Shown piece after piece: positions 1 through 8,934 of a stretch of DNA of 64,000 bases (position 1 is the stretch's first letter; each line of letters starts with the position of its first letter). This DNA is from [Candidatus Thermochlorobacteriaceae] bacterium GBChlB. Lineage in GTDB: Bacteria; Bacteroidota; Chlorobiia; Chlorobiales; Thermochlorobacteraceae. Made by a program: the position numbers and the translations under genes. The stretch lies in NCBI GenBank assembly GCA_000724175.1, contig JPGV01000006.1, positions 28,630 through 92,629 of the forward strand, given 5' to 3'. Below the pieces are notes generated by a model that was not told where the DNA came from, searched no databases, and was given only the letters and a program-made list of their open reading frames with translations.

Positions 1-1164
1 GGCAATTATCACGGCAACTTTCCAGCCCTCTGGCGACACCAAAAGCCCTCGATGCCACGCCTGCGTCGCCGACCAAACCAATGCCAACCCGACCGCCAAC
101 CAAGCCAATTGAGTTGCCTGTTTTGATATATTTTTCAATGCAACTTCAAGAGATTCTACAATTATTAAGAACGTCGCTGGCAGACACAACAGCCCATACC
201 ACAAGAGTTTTGTTTGAGCAATTGAGAGAATACTGAACGGCAGAGCAAATGACAGAAGCCAGAGAACACGAGTAGAATTTCGGAAATTTGATGTCGTAAA
301 GAACATAAATATCCATGTTAGGCTTAATGCCGACAAGGGAATGCGGGCGATGAGGACATTCAGGTAGTAGAAAACGCCCGTGCGATAGGTCGCCCCCGTT
401 TGGTTTTCCTGAACCCGGTTGGCAATGTAGAAATCCACATACCGTTCCAAAAAGCCATCGTGCGCGGCGCAAATGCCCGCAAACCACGAGAGTCCGATTC
501 CCAAACCAAATCCAGCAAATAAAGCATTTGAAGCAAGAAATTGCCTGAAAGTAATGTCTTTTGCCGCCCATCTGTAAAGGCTGTGGAGTGCAATCGCTGC
601 CGCTGCAAATCCGCCGACTAAGACTTTTGTTAGTAACGCCAAGCCAAGCATTATGCCGCCTATTGCCATATCGCGCAATCGGCTCGATTCTAAGAATCGC
701 ATGTAGAAAAGGAGTTGCCATGCTGAAAAGAGCGTTACGAGCATATCGAACTGCCCAAGCCGTGCGAACCACACGAGCATCGGTGAAAATCCGACAACGA
801 TGACGGCGAAGAGTGCGGCACGGTCGCTAATGCGGTAGGCGAGAGAGCATACCGTCATCAGCAACCCGACGAAAGCGCACCACGAGGGCAGGCGTAATGA
901 AAATTCAGAAAGTCCAAAGAGTTTTGCCGAGATTGCCATCAGCCAAAGTTGAAGCGGCGGGTGAGAAGCGGAGTAAAATCCACCAATGGCGTAGTCGGTT
1001 TGGTCGAGCCAGCAGTCAAATTGCAAAATGGCTTTCACGCGCAGGGCGTAGTAGCCTTCATCGTAGGGTTGAATTTCCATATCGCCTAAGTTCCAGAGTG
1101 AGAGCGCCGCAGCAAGGGCAACAAGTCCGAGCGCGGTTCGGAGTTTAACCTTGTGAGCCAGCAC
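1..1164 (-). CDS. ArnT/PMT-like GT-C membrane glycosyltransferase, 3' end runs off the window
   Basis: Absent from the ORF track and translated by hand. GTG start at 1164, open to base 1: VLAHKVKLRTALGLVALAAALSLWNLGDMEIQPYDEGYYA...SHPPLQLWLMA...FGLSEFSLRLPS...GQFDML...LALLTK...FYYL...TKLLWYGLLCLPA. DE, HPPL and RLPS motifs plus many hydrophobic segments. Confidence 0.85.
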   Translation of the reverse strand, partial: MLAHKVKLRTALGLVALAAALSLWNLGDMEIQPYDEGYYALRVKAILQFDCWLDQTDYAIGGFYSASHPPLQLWLMAISAKLFGLSEFSLRLPSWCAFVGLLMTVCSLAYRISDRAALFAVIVVGFSPMLVWFARLGQFDMLVTLFSAWQLLFYMRFLESSRLRDMAIGGIMLGLALLTKVLVGGFAAAAIALHSLYRWAAKDITFRQFLASNALFAGFGLGIGLSWFAGICAAHDGFLERYVDFYIANRVQENQTGATYRTGVFYYLNVLIARIPLSALSLTWIFMFFTTSNFRNSTRVLWLLSFALPFSILSIAQTKLLWYGLLCLPATFLIIVESLEVALKNISKQATQLAWLAVGLALVWSATQAWHRGLLVSPEGWKVAVIIA

Positions 1165-1273
1165 ACATCAAGCAATTTAGAGTTTGACTTTCAAACGAAA
1201 TCGGCTTACATTCCGACAGTCGTGGAAACCGTCTTTTTGGTCATGTGTTTCTTAATATCATCGCGGATTGGAC

Positions 1274-1951
1274 ATGAGCATCGGCAAAAAAATTATGGAC
1301 TTCATAGTTCCGACAAAAATTACAGAGGAAGAAATTGAATTACCTGCTGACTCTGCGGAGGTCGAGGTGCGCCCGATGCACAGCAGCAATCGCGCCACAT
1401 ACGATTCTTCCGTTCACAAACCCACATCGGACAACGATGTTTATTTCAATCGCGGGATGAACAACAACGGACTCGACGCAGACCAGAGCGGTTACAGCAC
1501 AACGAACATCAAAACACTGATTGAAACGGCAAAGTTGGAATCGCGCGAGTGGCACAATTTACTCAAACGCTCGGTGAAGATAATTCTTGCGCACCGCGAG
1601 TTAAAAAGTCTTGACGAAACCACGCTGCCGAAAATCGCCGACGACTTAGCGCTCATTCTGCAAGCCTCCGATATTGACGCGGCAACCATGCTTGCCGACA
1701 TCAACACGCTCAAGAAAACCGTGCGCGACGGTGTCAATCAAAATCTGAAAGCCATTGGAGAGTATTGCAATAAAAAAGGCTATGAAATCAATACGCTCAT
1801 CGCTCGCTTAAAACAACTTGAACAGGAAGTCAATGGATTAGATAAGATAATGGCTGATGATACCCAAAATATGAACGATACATTAGACGAGTTGGAAAGT
1901 TACAGCAAAATGCTCGAGCTTGTCTCGAAGATGAAAACCCAAAGTGTATAG
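1274..1951 (+). CDS. hypothetical protein with C-terminal coiled coil
   Basis: Long ORF, ATG at 1274, heptad-like C-terminus (EINTLIARLKQLEQEVNGL); 3 bp before the next gene. Confidence 0.7.
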   Translation: MSIGKKIMDFIVPTKITEEEIELPADSAEVEVRPMHSSNRATYDSSVHKPTSDNDVYFNRGMNNNGLDADQSGYSTTNIKTLIETAKLESREWHNLLKRSVKIILAHRELKSLDETTLPKIADDLALILQASDIDAATMLADINTLKKTVRDGVNQNLKAIGEYCNKKGYEINTLIARLKQLEQEVNGLDKIMADDTQNMNDTLDELESYSKMLELVSKMKTQSV

Positions 1952-1954
1952 GAT

Positions 1955-2581
1955 ATGACTCGCAGAGTAAAAAAAATCGTTACGGTTCAGCGCGACTTTC
2001 GCCGCGTTGCCCTGTTTGGCTGCCTGCTCTTATCGTTGGGATTCGCGACGCTTTTTCGTCCCAATCGGCCTGAACCGATGAAACCCACACAGAAAGCATC
2101 GACGGAAACCGCCGCGCCTACCGCGAAAACTGCCGCACAAGAGCCGGCCACATCGCTTGCCTCATTGGAGCCCAAAGTTGCTTACGCTGCCATTACGCCG
2201 CCAGCTATCGCGCCGACATCTCATTTGACAACGGTGCGCAAAACCATCGTGGTTCACTTTGGCTACAACCGCAGTTCGCTTTCTCAAAAGGACAAGCAGC
2301 GTATGTTGCTTGAAGCCCTGCCTAATTCCAGCCAGTTGAGAGTTACGCATATCACTATCGTTGGACATAGCGACAGCGATGGGCGAGAGGAATACAATTA
2401 TGCGCTGTCGCTCAAACGCGCCGAGTCGGTGATGCTGGCGTTGGGCAACATCGTGAAGACAAAAGAGTGCGTCTCGCTGAAAGCAGTTGGCAGCAGTAAG
2501 CCCGTTTTCGTCGGAGATTTGGAAGACCGCGCTGCCTCGCGCCGCGTTGAAATTAACCTTGAATATGCTTCGTCGCCTTGA
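1955..2581 (+). CDS. OmpA/MotB-type peptidoglycan-binding protein
   Basis: N-terminal hydrophobic anchor, Pro/Ala/Thr linker, motifs VHFGYN, IVGHSDSDG..EYNYALSLKRAESV and RRVEI. Confidence 0.85.
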   Translation: MTRRVKKIVTVQRDFRRVALFGCLLLSLGFATLFRPNRPEPMKPTQKASTETAAPTAKTAAQEPATSLASLEPKVAYAAITPPAIAPTSHLTTVRKTIVVHFGYNRSSLSQKDKQRMLLEALPNSSQLRVTHITIVGHSDSDGREEYNYALSLKRAESVMLALGNIVKTKECVSLKAVGSSKPVFVGDLEDRAASRRVEINLEYASSP

Positions 2582-2674
2582 AATGAACACTTGCTTGGTC
2601 TATTGACGGCTTCCGACCGCGCGACTTTTGATAGAACTCGATTACTATGGCAACTTCATCGAAGCACGGACAGC

Positions 2675-3814
2675 ATGGCAGGACTGTATATTCACATTCC
2701 CTTTTGTCGGCGACGCTGTAACTATTGCGACTTCTACTTCGTTACTAACTCCGCGCTCATCGACCAATTTCTCGCCGCGCTTTCGCATGAGTTGACAAGC
2801 CGTGCATATCTTTTAACTAATGAACTTATTGAGACAATTTACTTCGGCGGCGGCACGCCCTCAATGCTTTCTGCGGCGCAGTTTGACTTCATCTTAACTC
2901 TTGCGTCAAAGACTTTTCGCGTCTCACCGACCGCTGAACTCACACTCGAGGCCAATCCCGAAGATGTGACGGCGACGTATCTGGCTGACCTTGCCCGCGT
3001 CGGTATTAATCGCATCAGTCTCGGTGTTCAGTCGTTCAATGATGCAAAGTTGAAACTGCTTACGCGCGAACACAACGGCGCGCAAAGTCGAAAGACCGTT
3101 GAGCTGGCAAAACATCGGTTTAATAATGTCAGCGTCGATTTGATATTTGGAACTGACGGTGAAACGCTCGATGACTGGACGACAGAACTTCAAACGGCAG
3201 TGGCGTTACAGCCTGAACACCTCTCGACCTACTCGCTCACGGTTGAGCCAAGAACACTGCTTGATAAACTCATTAGGCGCGGCAAACGCCAGCCTCCGAT
3301 GGAATCCCTGCAAGCCGAGATGTTCCTTGTGGCAATGGAATTTCTACGCCACAACGCTTACGAGCATTACGAAGTGTCGAGTTTCGGCAAGCCGAATTTT
3401 CACTCGCGCCACAATAGCGCGTATTGGAATCGCACGCCGTATTTGGGGGTTGGTCCGTCGGCGCATTCGTTTGTCAAAACCACTGACGGCGAGATACGCT
3501 TCGCCAACACGCCCAGCCTGAAAGACTATCTTGCGGCGCCAACCGACTCGATTCAATTCAAGGAGCGTCTTTCAGAAGAAGATATTTTCAACGAGAGCGT
3601 CCTGTTGGGCTTGCGCCAAGCGAAGGGAATTGACGTGGATGATTTGCGGAAAAAGTTTAACTTTGCGGTCTCTTTGTCTCAACTCACTGCGCTGGTTGAA
3701 CAAGGGCTGTTGACCAAAGAAAGCAGTTGGGTGAGATTAACCGACAAGGGCTTTACACTTGCCGATGAAATCGCCGCTGAATTACTCGCTGCTTCACATT
3801 TTACTTTTGCATGA
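2675..3814 (+). CDS. hemW: radical SAM heme chaperone HemW (HemN-like)
   Basis: LYIHIPFC, CxxxCxxC (CRRRCNYC), GGGTPS and the HemW-type HNxxYW motif; start reassigned to ATG 2675. Confidence 0.9.
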   Translation: MAGLYIHIPFCRRRCNYCDFYFVTNSALIDQFLAALSHELTSRAYLLTNELIETIYFGGGTPSMLSAAQFDFILTLASKTFRVSPTAELTLEANPEDVTATYLADLARVGINRISLGVQSFNDAKLKLLTREHNGAQSRKTVELAKHRFNNVSVDLIFGTDGETLDDWTTELQTAVALQPEHLSTYSLTVEPRTLLDKLIRRGKRQPPMESLQAEMFLVAMEFLRHNAYEHYEVSSFGKPNFHSRHNSAYWNRTPYLGVGPSAHSFVKTTDGEIRFANTPSLKDYLAAPTDSIQFKERLSEEDIFNESVLLGLRQAKGIDVDDLRKKFNFAVSLSQLTALVEQGLLTKESSWVRLTDKGFTLADEIAAELLAASHFTFA

Positions 3815-3831
3815 CACTTTAACCGTTTGAA

Positions 3832-6558
3832 ATGTTACCGCATAAGAAACTCAACACTTACATCGCTATTGGCGTTTATGCCGTCGCGCTTATTGTCTAT
3901 TTGCTCACGGTTGCACCGACGTTTTCGTTTTGGGATTGTGGCGAGTTCATCGCCGTTGCCTACACGATGGGCGTTCCACATCCGCCCGGCACGCCCATTT
4001 TTACTATGCTTGGTCGGATTTTCTCGATGCTTCCATTTCCAGAGGACATCGGCGCACGGGTCAATCTCATTAGTCCAGTTGCTGCGTCGTTTGCCGTGAT
4101 GTTCACCTACCTCATCACCGTTCTGCTTATCGGAATGTATCGTGGTAAAGCGCCCGACGAGTGGTCGGTGCCCGAAAGAATTTCTGCTTATGCCAGTGGC
4201 GTAATTGCCGCGTTGGCACTTGCGTTCTCCGATAGTTTTTGGTTCAACGCGGTCGAGGCGGAAGTCTATGCGTCATCAATGTTTTTCAATACGATTGTCG
4301 TTTGGCTGATGCTCAAGTGGCATGAACACGCCGATGAGCCTGACGGCGACCGATGGATTTTGTATATCGCGTATGCGTTTGGCGTGGCCTTGGGCGTTCA
4401 CTTGCAGGCGTTGCTGGCGTTCTTTGCATTGGCGCTCATTTACTACTTCCGCCGCTATGAGTTCAGCCTTGCGGGATTTGGCATTTTGGTGATTGTGTCC
4501 AGCGCGATTTTCTTAGTCATTTATCCGGGCGTGGTGCAGAAACTTCCCGCGTTGATGCGCGATACATCGCCCGTCGTCGGCATTATCATTGCGCTCTCGG
4601 TCGTCGGTGCGGCGTATTACACCTATCAACAGAAAATGCGTTTGGCGCACTTGGCGTCGATGTCGCTCCTGCTGATTTTGATTGGATACAGTTCAATGAC
4701 GATGGTGCTGCTGCGCTCTCAGGCAAAGCCGCCTATCAACGAGAACGCACCTGCGACGATGGAAAAACTCTTCTCGTATCTCAACCGCGAGCAATACGGC
4801 GACTATCCGATTTTTCAGCGACGCTGGTCGTTAGACCCTGAACATCAACGCAACTACCAGAAGTACTCGAGCGATACGGATTTCTTCTTGAAGTATCAAG
4901 CGGGACATTTGTATGCGCGGTATCTCGGCTGGCAGTTCATCGGGCGCGCGGGCGACGTGCAAGACGACGGCATTGATTGGTCGAAGTTCTGGGGAATCCC
5001 GCTTGCCGTCGGCTTGTTCGGCTTGCTTTTCCATGCACGCAAGGATTGGAAAATGGCGTTCTCGGTTTTCGCCCTTCTCTTGCTCACAGGCATCTTCATC
5101 AACATTTATACAAACCCGCCTGAACCGCAGCCGCGTGAGCGCGACTATGTGTATGTCGGCAGTTTCTTTGCCTTCTGCATCTGGATAGGCATTGGCATTG
5201 ACGCACTCTTCGAGACGTTCCGCGAAAGCGTTGAAGACGAGAAGCAATGGCTTTACGGCGCAGTCGGCGTTGCCGCGTTTGGACTTGTGTTCATCAACGC
5301 CCGAATGCTGACCGTGAATTTTCATTCTCATAGCCGCGCAGGCAATTATGTGCCTTACGATTACGCCTACAACCTTTTGCAAAGCTGCGAAAAAGACGCG
5401 GTGCTATTTACCAACGGCGACAACGACACCTTCCCGCTTTGGTGCTTACAGGAAGTCTACGGCGTGCGGCAAGATGTGCGCGTGTGCAATTTGAGCTTAG
5501 CAAATACAGATTGGTATATCTTGCAACTGAAAAATGAATCGCCGCGCGGCGCAAAGCCAGTCAAATTCAATATGACCGACCGCGAGATTAAGTCGCTTTC
5601 CTACGAGCCTTGGACAACGCGCATCCTCTCGATTCCCGTGCCGAAGGAAAAACTCCTGCAATCGGAATACAAAGGCTACGATGAAGGCAAGACCGTTATG
5701 ATTGATGGCGCGCCCGTCCTTCTATCGGGCAAACCAAAAATGGTCGATACGCTGCGCTGGTCATTTGAGCCGACGGTCAGTTCGGGAAAGCAAGGCTACA
5801 TTCGCGCACAAGACCGTGTTGTGTATGAAATAATTATGAACAACCTGTTCCAACGTCCTATTTACTTCGCTATTACGGTTAGCGAATCGAACCGCATCGG
5901 CATTGATAAGTATTTGCGGATGGACGGTTTCGCCTACAAAGTCGTGCCATTTGAAGGCGACGGATACAGCACGATTGACGCCGAGATTATGTATGACAAA
6001 TTGATGAATACGTTTCAATATCGAAACCTGAATAATCCCGACGTGTATCTCGATGAAAATTCCCGCCGGTTGGTCAGCAATTACAAAAATGTATTCTTGC
6101 GATTGGCATCGGAGTATATTCAAAGCCCGTTCTCGCCGGTAGCAGTTCGCAATACGAATGGCGAGTTGGAAACGGTATTGGGCAAAGACCTTGCTGTGCG
6201 TGTTCTGGATAAAGCCGAAAGCGCCTTGCCGACCGAGCTGCATGAAACCGACTATCGCGTGTTGCAAGGCATGATTCGCATTTACGCACAAGCTGGCGCG
6301 CGGGAAAAAGGACTTGCGCTGATCCCGAAGTTGGAAAAACAGGTCGACGATATGTCGCTGCAAAATCCAAAAGATGTCTACGGCAAATTTTATTTAGCAC
6401 AAGCCTACAAAGCTGTCGATGAAAACCAAAAAGCATTGACGGTCTTACAGGGGCTTTCGGCGCTGATGCCAAATGACCCAACGCTGAAACAGGAAATTGC
6501 CGACCTGCAACGCGTCGTTGGGCAACCGAAAGACAGCGCTGGACCCTTGAAACAGTAG
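3832..6558 (+). CDS. DUF2723/TMEM260-like GT-C membrane protein with C-terminal TPR-like region
   Basis: SFWDCGEFI..HPPG, FWFNAVEAEVY, RERDY and GDNDTFPLW motifs; many TM segments. Confidence 0.85.
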   Translation: MLPHKKLNTYIAIGVYAVALIVYLLTVAPTFSFWDCGEFIAVAYTMGVPHPPGTPIFTMLGRIFSMLPFPEDIGARVNLISPVAASFAVMFTYLITVLLIGMYRGKAPDEWSVPERISAYASGVIAALALAFSDSFWFNAVEAEVYASSMFFNTIVVWLMLKWHEHADEPDGDRWILYIAYAFGVALGVHLQALLAFFALALIYYFRRYEFSLAGFGILVIVSSAIFLVIYPGVVQKLPALMRDTSPVVGIIIALSVVGAAYYTYQQKMRLAHLASMSLLLILIGYSSMTMVLLRSQAKPPINENAPATMEKLFSYLNREQYGDYPIFQRRWSLDPEHQRNYQKYSSDTDFFLKYQAGHLYARYLGWQFIGRAGDVQDDGIDWSKFWGIPLAVGLFGLLFHARKDWKMAFSVFALLLLTGIFINIYTNPPEPQPRERDYVYVGSFFAFCIWIGIGIDALFETFRESVEDEKQWLYGAVGVAAFGLVFINARMLTVNFHSHSRAGNYVPYDYAYNLLQSCEKDAVLFTNGDNDTFPLWCLQEVYGVRQDVRVCNLSLANTDWYILQLKNESPRGAKPVKFNMTDREIKSLSYEPWTTRILSIPVPKEKLLQSEYKGYDEGKTVMIDGAPVLLSGKPKMVDTLRWSFEPTVSSGKQGYIRAQDRVVYEIIMNNLFQRPIYFAITVSESNRIGIDKYLRMDGFAYKVVPFEGDGYSTIDAEIMYDKLMNTFQYRNLNNPDVYLDENSRRLVSNYKNVFLRLASEYIQSPFSPVAVRNTNGELETVLGKDLAVRVLDKAESALPTELHETDYRVLQGMIRIYAQAGAREKGLALIPKLEKQVDDMSLQNPKDVYGKFYLAQAYKAVDENQKALTVLQGLSALMPNDPTLKQEIADLQRVVGQPKDSAGPLKQ

Positions 6559-6575
6559 CCACAGAGAATGCGGTT

Positions 6576-7172
6576 ATGCGCGATGGAACGATGCCTGACG
6601 CACTTGTTCGGATATTTTTGACGCTGTGCCTGCTCGCGTTTGCGCTTATTGTCGGCGTTCCGCTCCACCGGCGGCGATGGAAACCGATAACGATAACGAA
6701 AGCCCGCTCTCTGAAAAACCGCGCGATGGAACTGGGTCTGCTCGTTGGACTCGTTGGCTGGCTGGCGTGGCTCTTACACGTGATTGTGCGCGGCACAAAC
6801 GACTTGCTTGTTCAACAGCTCGGCGGCATGTTGGAACTTGGGTCGTTTTACCTCGTCGCTGCATTACTTGGCGCGACACTCTTGATTGCAGGGCTGTTGT
6901 TGGTTGCATTCGGCATTTCGGAAATGGACGACCAATGGCGTATCGGTATTGACGAACAAGACCCGCAAACGCGCGTTGTTCAAACGGGCATTTTCAAGGT
7001 GCTTCGCCACCCGATTTATACAGGTATTTGTTGTATAGCAGGCGGCGCGGTGCTGGTTTTGCCACACTTTGTTACGGCAGCGCTTGCGGTCGGCAGCATT
7101 GCCGGCGCAGTTGCGCAAATGAAACTCGAAGAGACCGTTATGCGCGAGCGCTTCGGCGACGCCTACAAGTAG
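6576..7172 (+). CDS. isoprenylcysteine carboxyl methyltransferase (ICMT/PEMT) family membrane protein
   Basis: WRIGID, TGIFKVLRHPIY and EE..M.ERFG.AY motifs; hydrophobic N-terminal half. Confidence 0.85.
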   Translation: MRDGTMPDALVRIFLTLCLLAFALIVGVPLHRRRWKPITITKARSLKNRAMELGLLVGLVGWLAWLLHVIVRGTNDLLVQQLGGMLELGSFYLVAALLGATLLIAGLLLVAFGISEMDDQWRIGIDEQDPQTRVVQTGIFKVLRHPIYTGICCIAGGAVLVLPHFVTAALAVGSIAGAVAQMKLEETVMRERFGDAYK

Positions 7173-7195
7173 TTTTAATCTTAAACAGTCGAAGT

Positions 7196-8065
7196 ATGGT
7201 GGACACACAAGCAACTCCGTCTACAAAAGCGACCATTGAGATAATCCAGTCGCGCTGGTTTGACGACGCGATGATTCAATCGCTCCAAAAGCAGTATCTG
7301 GCAGCGCAGCCGTATCCGCACGTCGTTCTCGATGGATTTCTGCACGACGAGGTCGCACTCGCGCTTTACAATGGCTTTCCAAAGCTCGGCGAGATGGCGA
7401 CACACTACAACGGTATGAACGAGAAGAAAGCCGAAGACTCCGGCTTCGAGCGCTATCCACAAGTCTTTCGCGACCTTCGCGCCGCGCTCTTTAGCAACAC
7501 ATTTACAGCGTTCTTGGAGCGCGTTACGGGCATTGAGGACATTCGAACCTGCGAGGGAGCGTTAGGGTCAGGCACGCATCAAGGCGGTAACGGGAGTTTT
7601 CTTGATATTCATGTCGATTTCAACATTCACCCGACGGAAAATCTGCATCGCCGAATCAATGTCTTGGTGTTTCTTAACAAAGACTGGCAGGAAAGTTACG
7701 GCGGCAAGTTGGAGATGTGGAATAAGGATATGACGGCATGCATTACAGCGCACTTGCCGCTTCTTAATCGCTGCGTGATTTTCGAGACGAACGATATTTC
7801 GTATCACGGCTATGGCAAAATCACCGTTCCTGATGGCGAGTCGCGCAAGTCGGTCTATGCGTATTACTATACGCCACTCGATAAATCAACACTGGTCTAT
7901 CACGATACGACGTTTCGCACGCGACCCAACGAGCCGACTGCGAAGAAATTACAGACTGCTGTCAAAGAAACAACGAAGAATTTTATCAAGCGTCAGCTTA
8001 AAAATTTTGGGTTGATTGAGTTTTACAACAATACCTTGTTCAAGTTCAAAACGCGAGGAAAATGA
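7196..8065 (+). CDS. 2OG-Fe(II) oxygenase (prolyl hydroxylase-like)
   Basis: PYPHVVLDGFL, HxD (IHVDFN), GGKLEMW, distal His (SYHG) and RxS (RKS); ATG 7196. Confidence 0.85.
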   Translation: MVDTQATPSTKATIEIIQSRWFDDAMIQSLQKQYLAAQPYPHVVLDGFLHDEVALALYNGFPKLGEMATHYNGMNEKKAEDSGFERYPQVFRDLRAALFSNTFTAFLERVTGIEDIRTCEGALGSGTHQGGNGSFLDIHVDFNIHPTENLHRRINVLVFLNKDWQESYGGKLEMWNKDMTACITAHLPLLNRCVIFETNDISYHGYGKITVPDGESRKSVYAYYYTPLDKSTLVYHDTTFRTRPNEPTAKKLQTAVKETTKNFIKRQLKNFGLIEFYNNTLFKFKTRGK

Positions 8066-8874
8066 ACGCAGCCGTCGGCGTTGACATTCACCCCACTGCA
8101 GTCGTTAGTCCCGACGCCAAGTTGGGCGAGGGCGTGAAGATTGGTGCGTATTCAGTCGTTGAAGATGATGTGGAAATTGGCGATGGCACGGAAGTTCTTT
8201 CGCACGTTACGATTGGCAGTTATGCCCGCATTGGCAAACAGTGCCGTATTTTTCCTAACGCCATTATCTCAATGCCGCCGCAAGATTTGAAGTTCGCTGG
8301 CGAAAAAACATTTGTCGTCGTTGGCGACCATACCACGATTCGAGAATGCGTTACGCTCAACCGAGGCACAGCAGCACTGGGCAAAACGGTTATCGGCTCT
8401 CACTGCTTGCTAATGGCATATACGCATGTGGCGCACGACTGCATCATTGGAGACCATGCAGTCATTGCCAATGCCGTGCAACTCGGCGGACATGTAGAAA
8501 TCGAGGAGTATGTTACCATTGGCGGATTATGCGGCATTCACCAATTCACGCGCATCGGCAAACATGCGATGATTTCTGCGCTCTCAAAACTCACTCACGA
8601 TGTCCCGCCTTATGTAACTGTTGCCCATGACCGTTACGAGGGCTTGAACCAGATAGGACTCAAACGGCGCGGCTTTGATTCCGAGGCGCTTAATCGGTTA
8701 AAAGATATTTATCGCGTGATTTTTCAGTCAGGGCTGCTTTTGTCTAACGCACTCGCGAAGGTTCGCACAGAGCTTCCAGAGTCAGCTGAACGCGCCGATG
8801 TGTTGCGCTTCTTCGAGTCAGGTAGCAAACGCCAATTTATCCGACCGTTTTTAAGTGGAGCCAACGTCAAGTAA
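8062..8874 (+). CDS. lpxA: acyl-ACP--UDP-N-acetylglucosamine O-acyltransferase
   Basis: Hexapeptide repeats, PQDLKF, IRECVTLNRGT, MAYTHVAHDC, HQF and GLNQIGLKRRGF. Confidence 0.95.
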   Translation: MNAAVGVDIHPTAVVSPDAKLGEGVKIGAYSVVEDDVEIGDGTEVLSHVTIGSYARIGKQCRIFPNAIISMPPQDLKFAGEKTFVVVGDHTTIRECVTLNRGTAALGKTVIGSHCLLMAYTHVAHDCIIGDHAVIANAVQLGGHVEIEEYVTIGGLCGIHQFTRIGKHAMISALSKLTHDVPPYVTVAHDRYEGLNQIGLKRRGFDSEALNRLKDIYRVIFQSGLLLSNALAKVRTELPESAERADVLRFFESGSKRQFIRPFLSGANVK

Positions 8875-8934
8875 TTTTGAATAAATGAATTATTCTACTG
8901 ACTCGTTGAAATACAAGTTTAACTCTATTGCCAA

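Noticed and set aside
146-772. 208-aa minus-strand ORF in the track
   Set aside because: Alternative frame inside the ArnT-like gene (1-1164), which has recognisable motifs.
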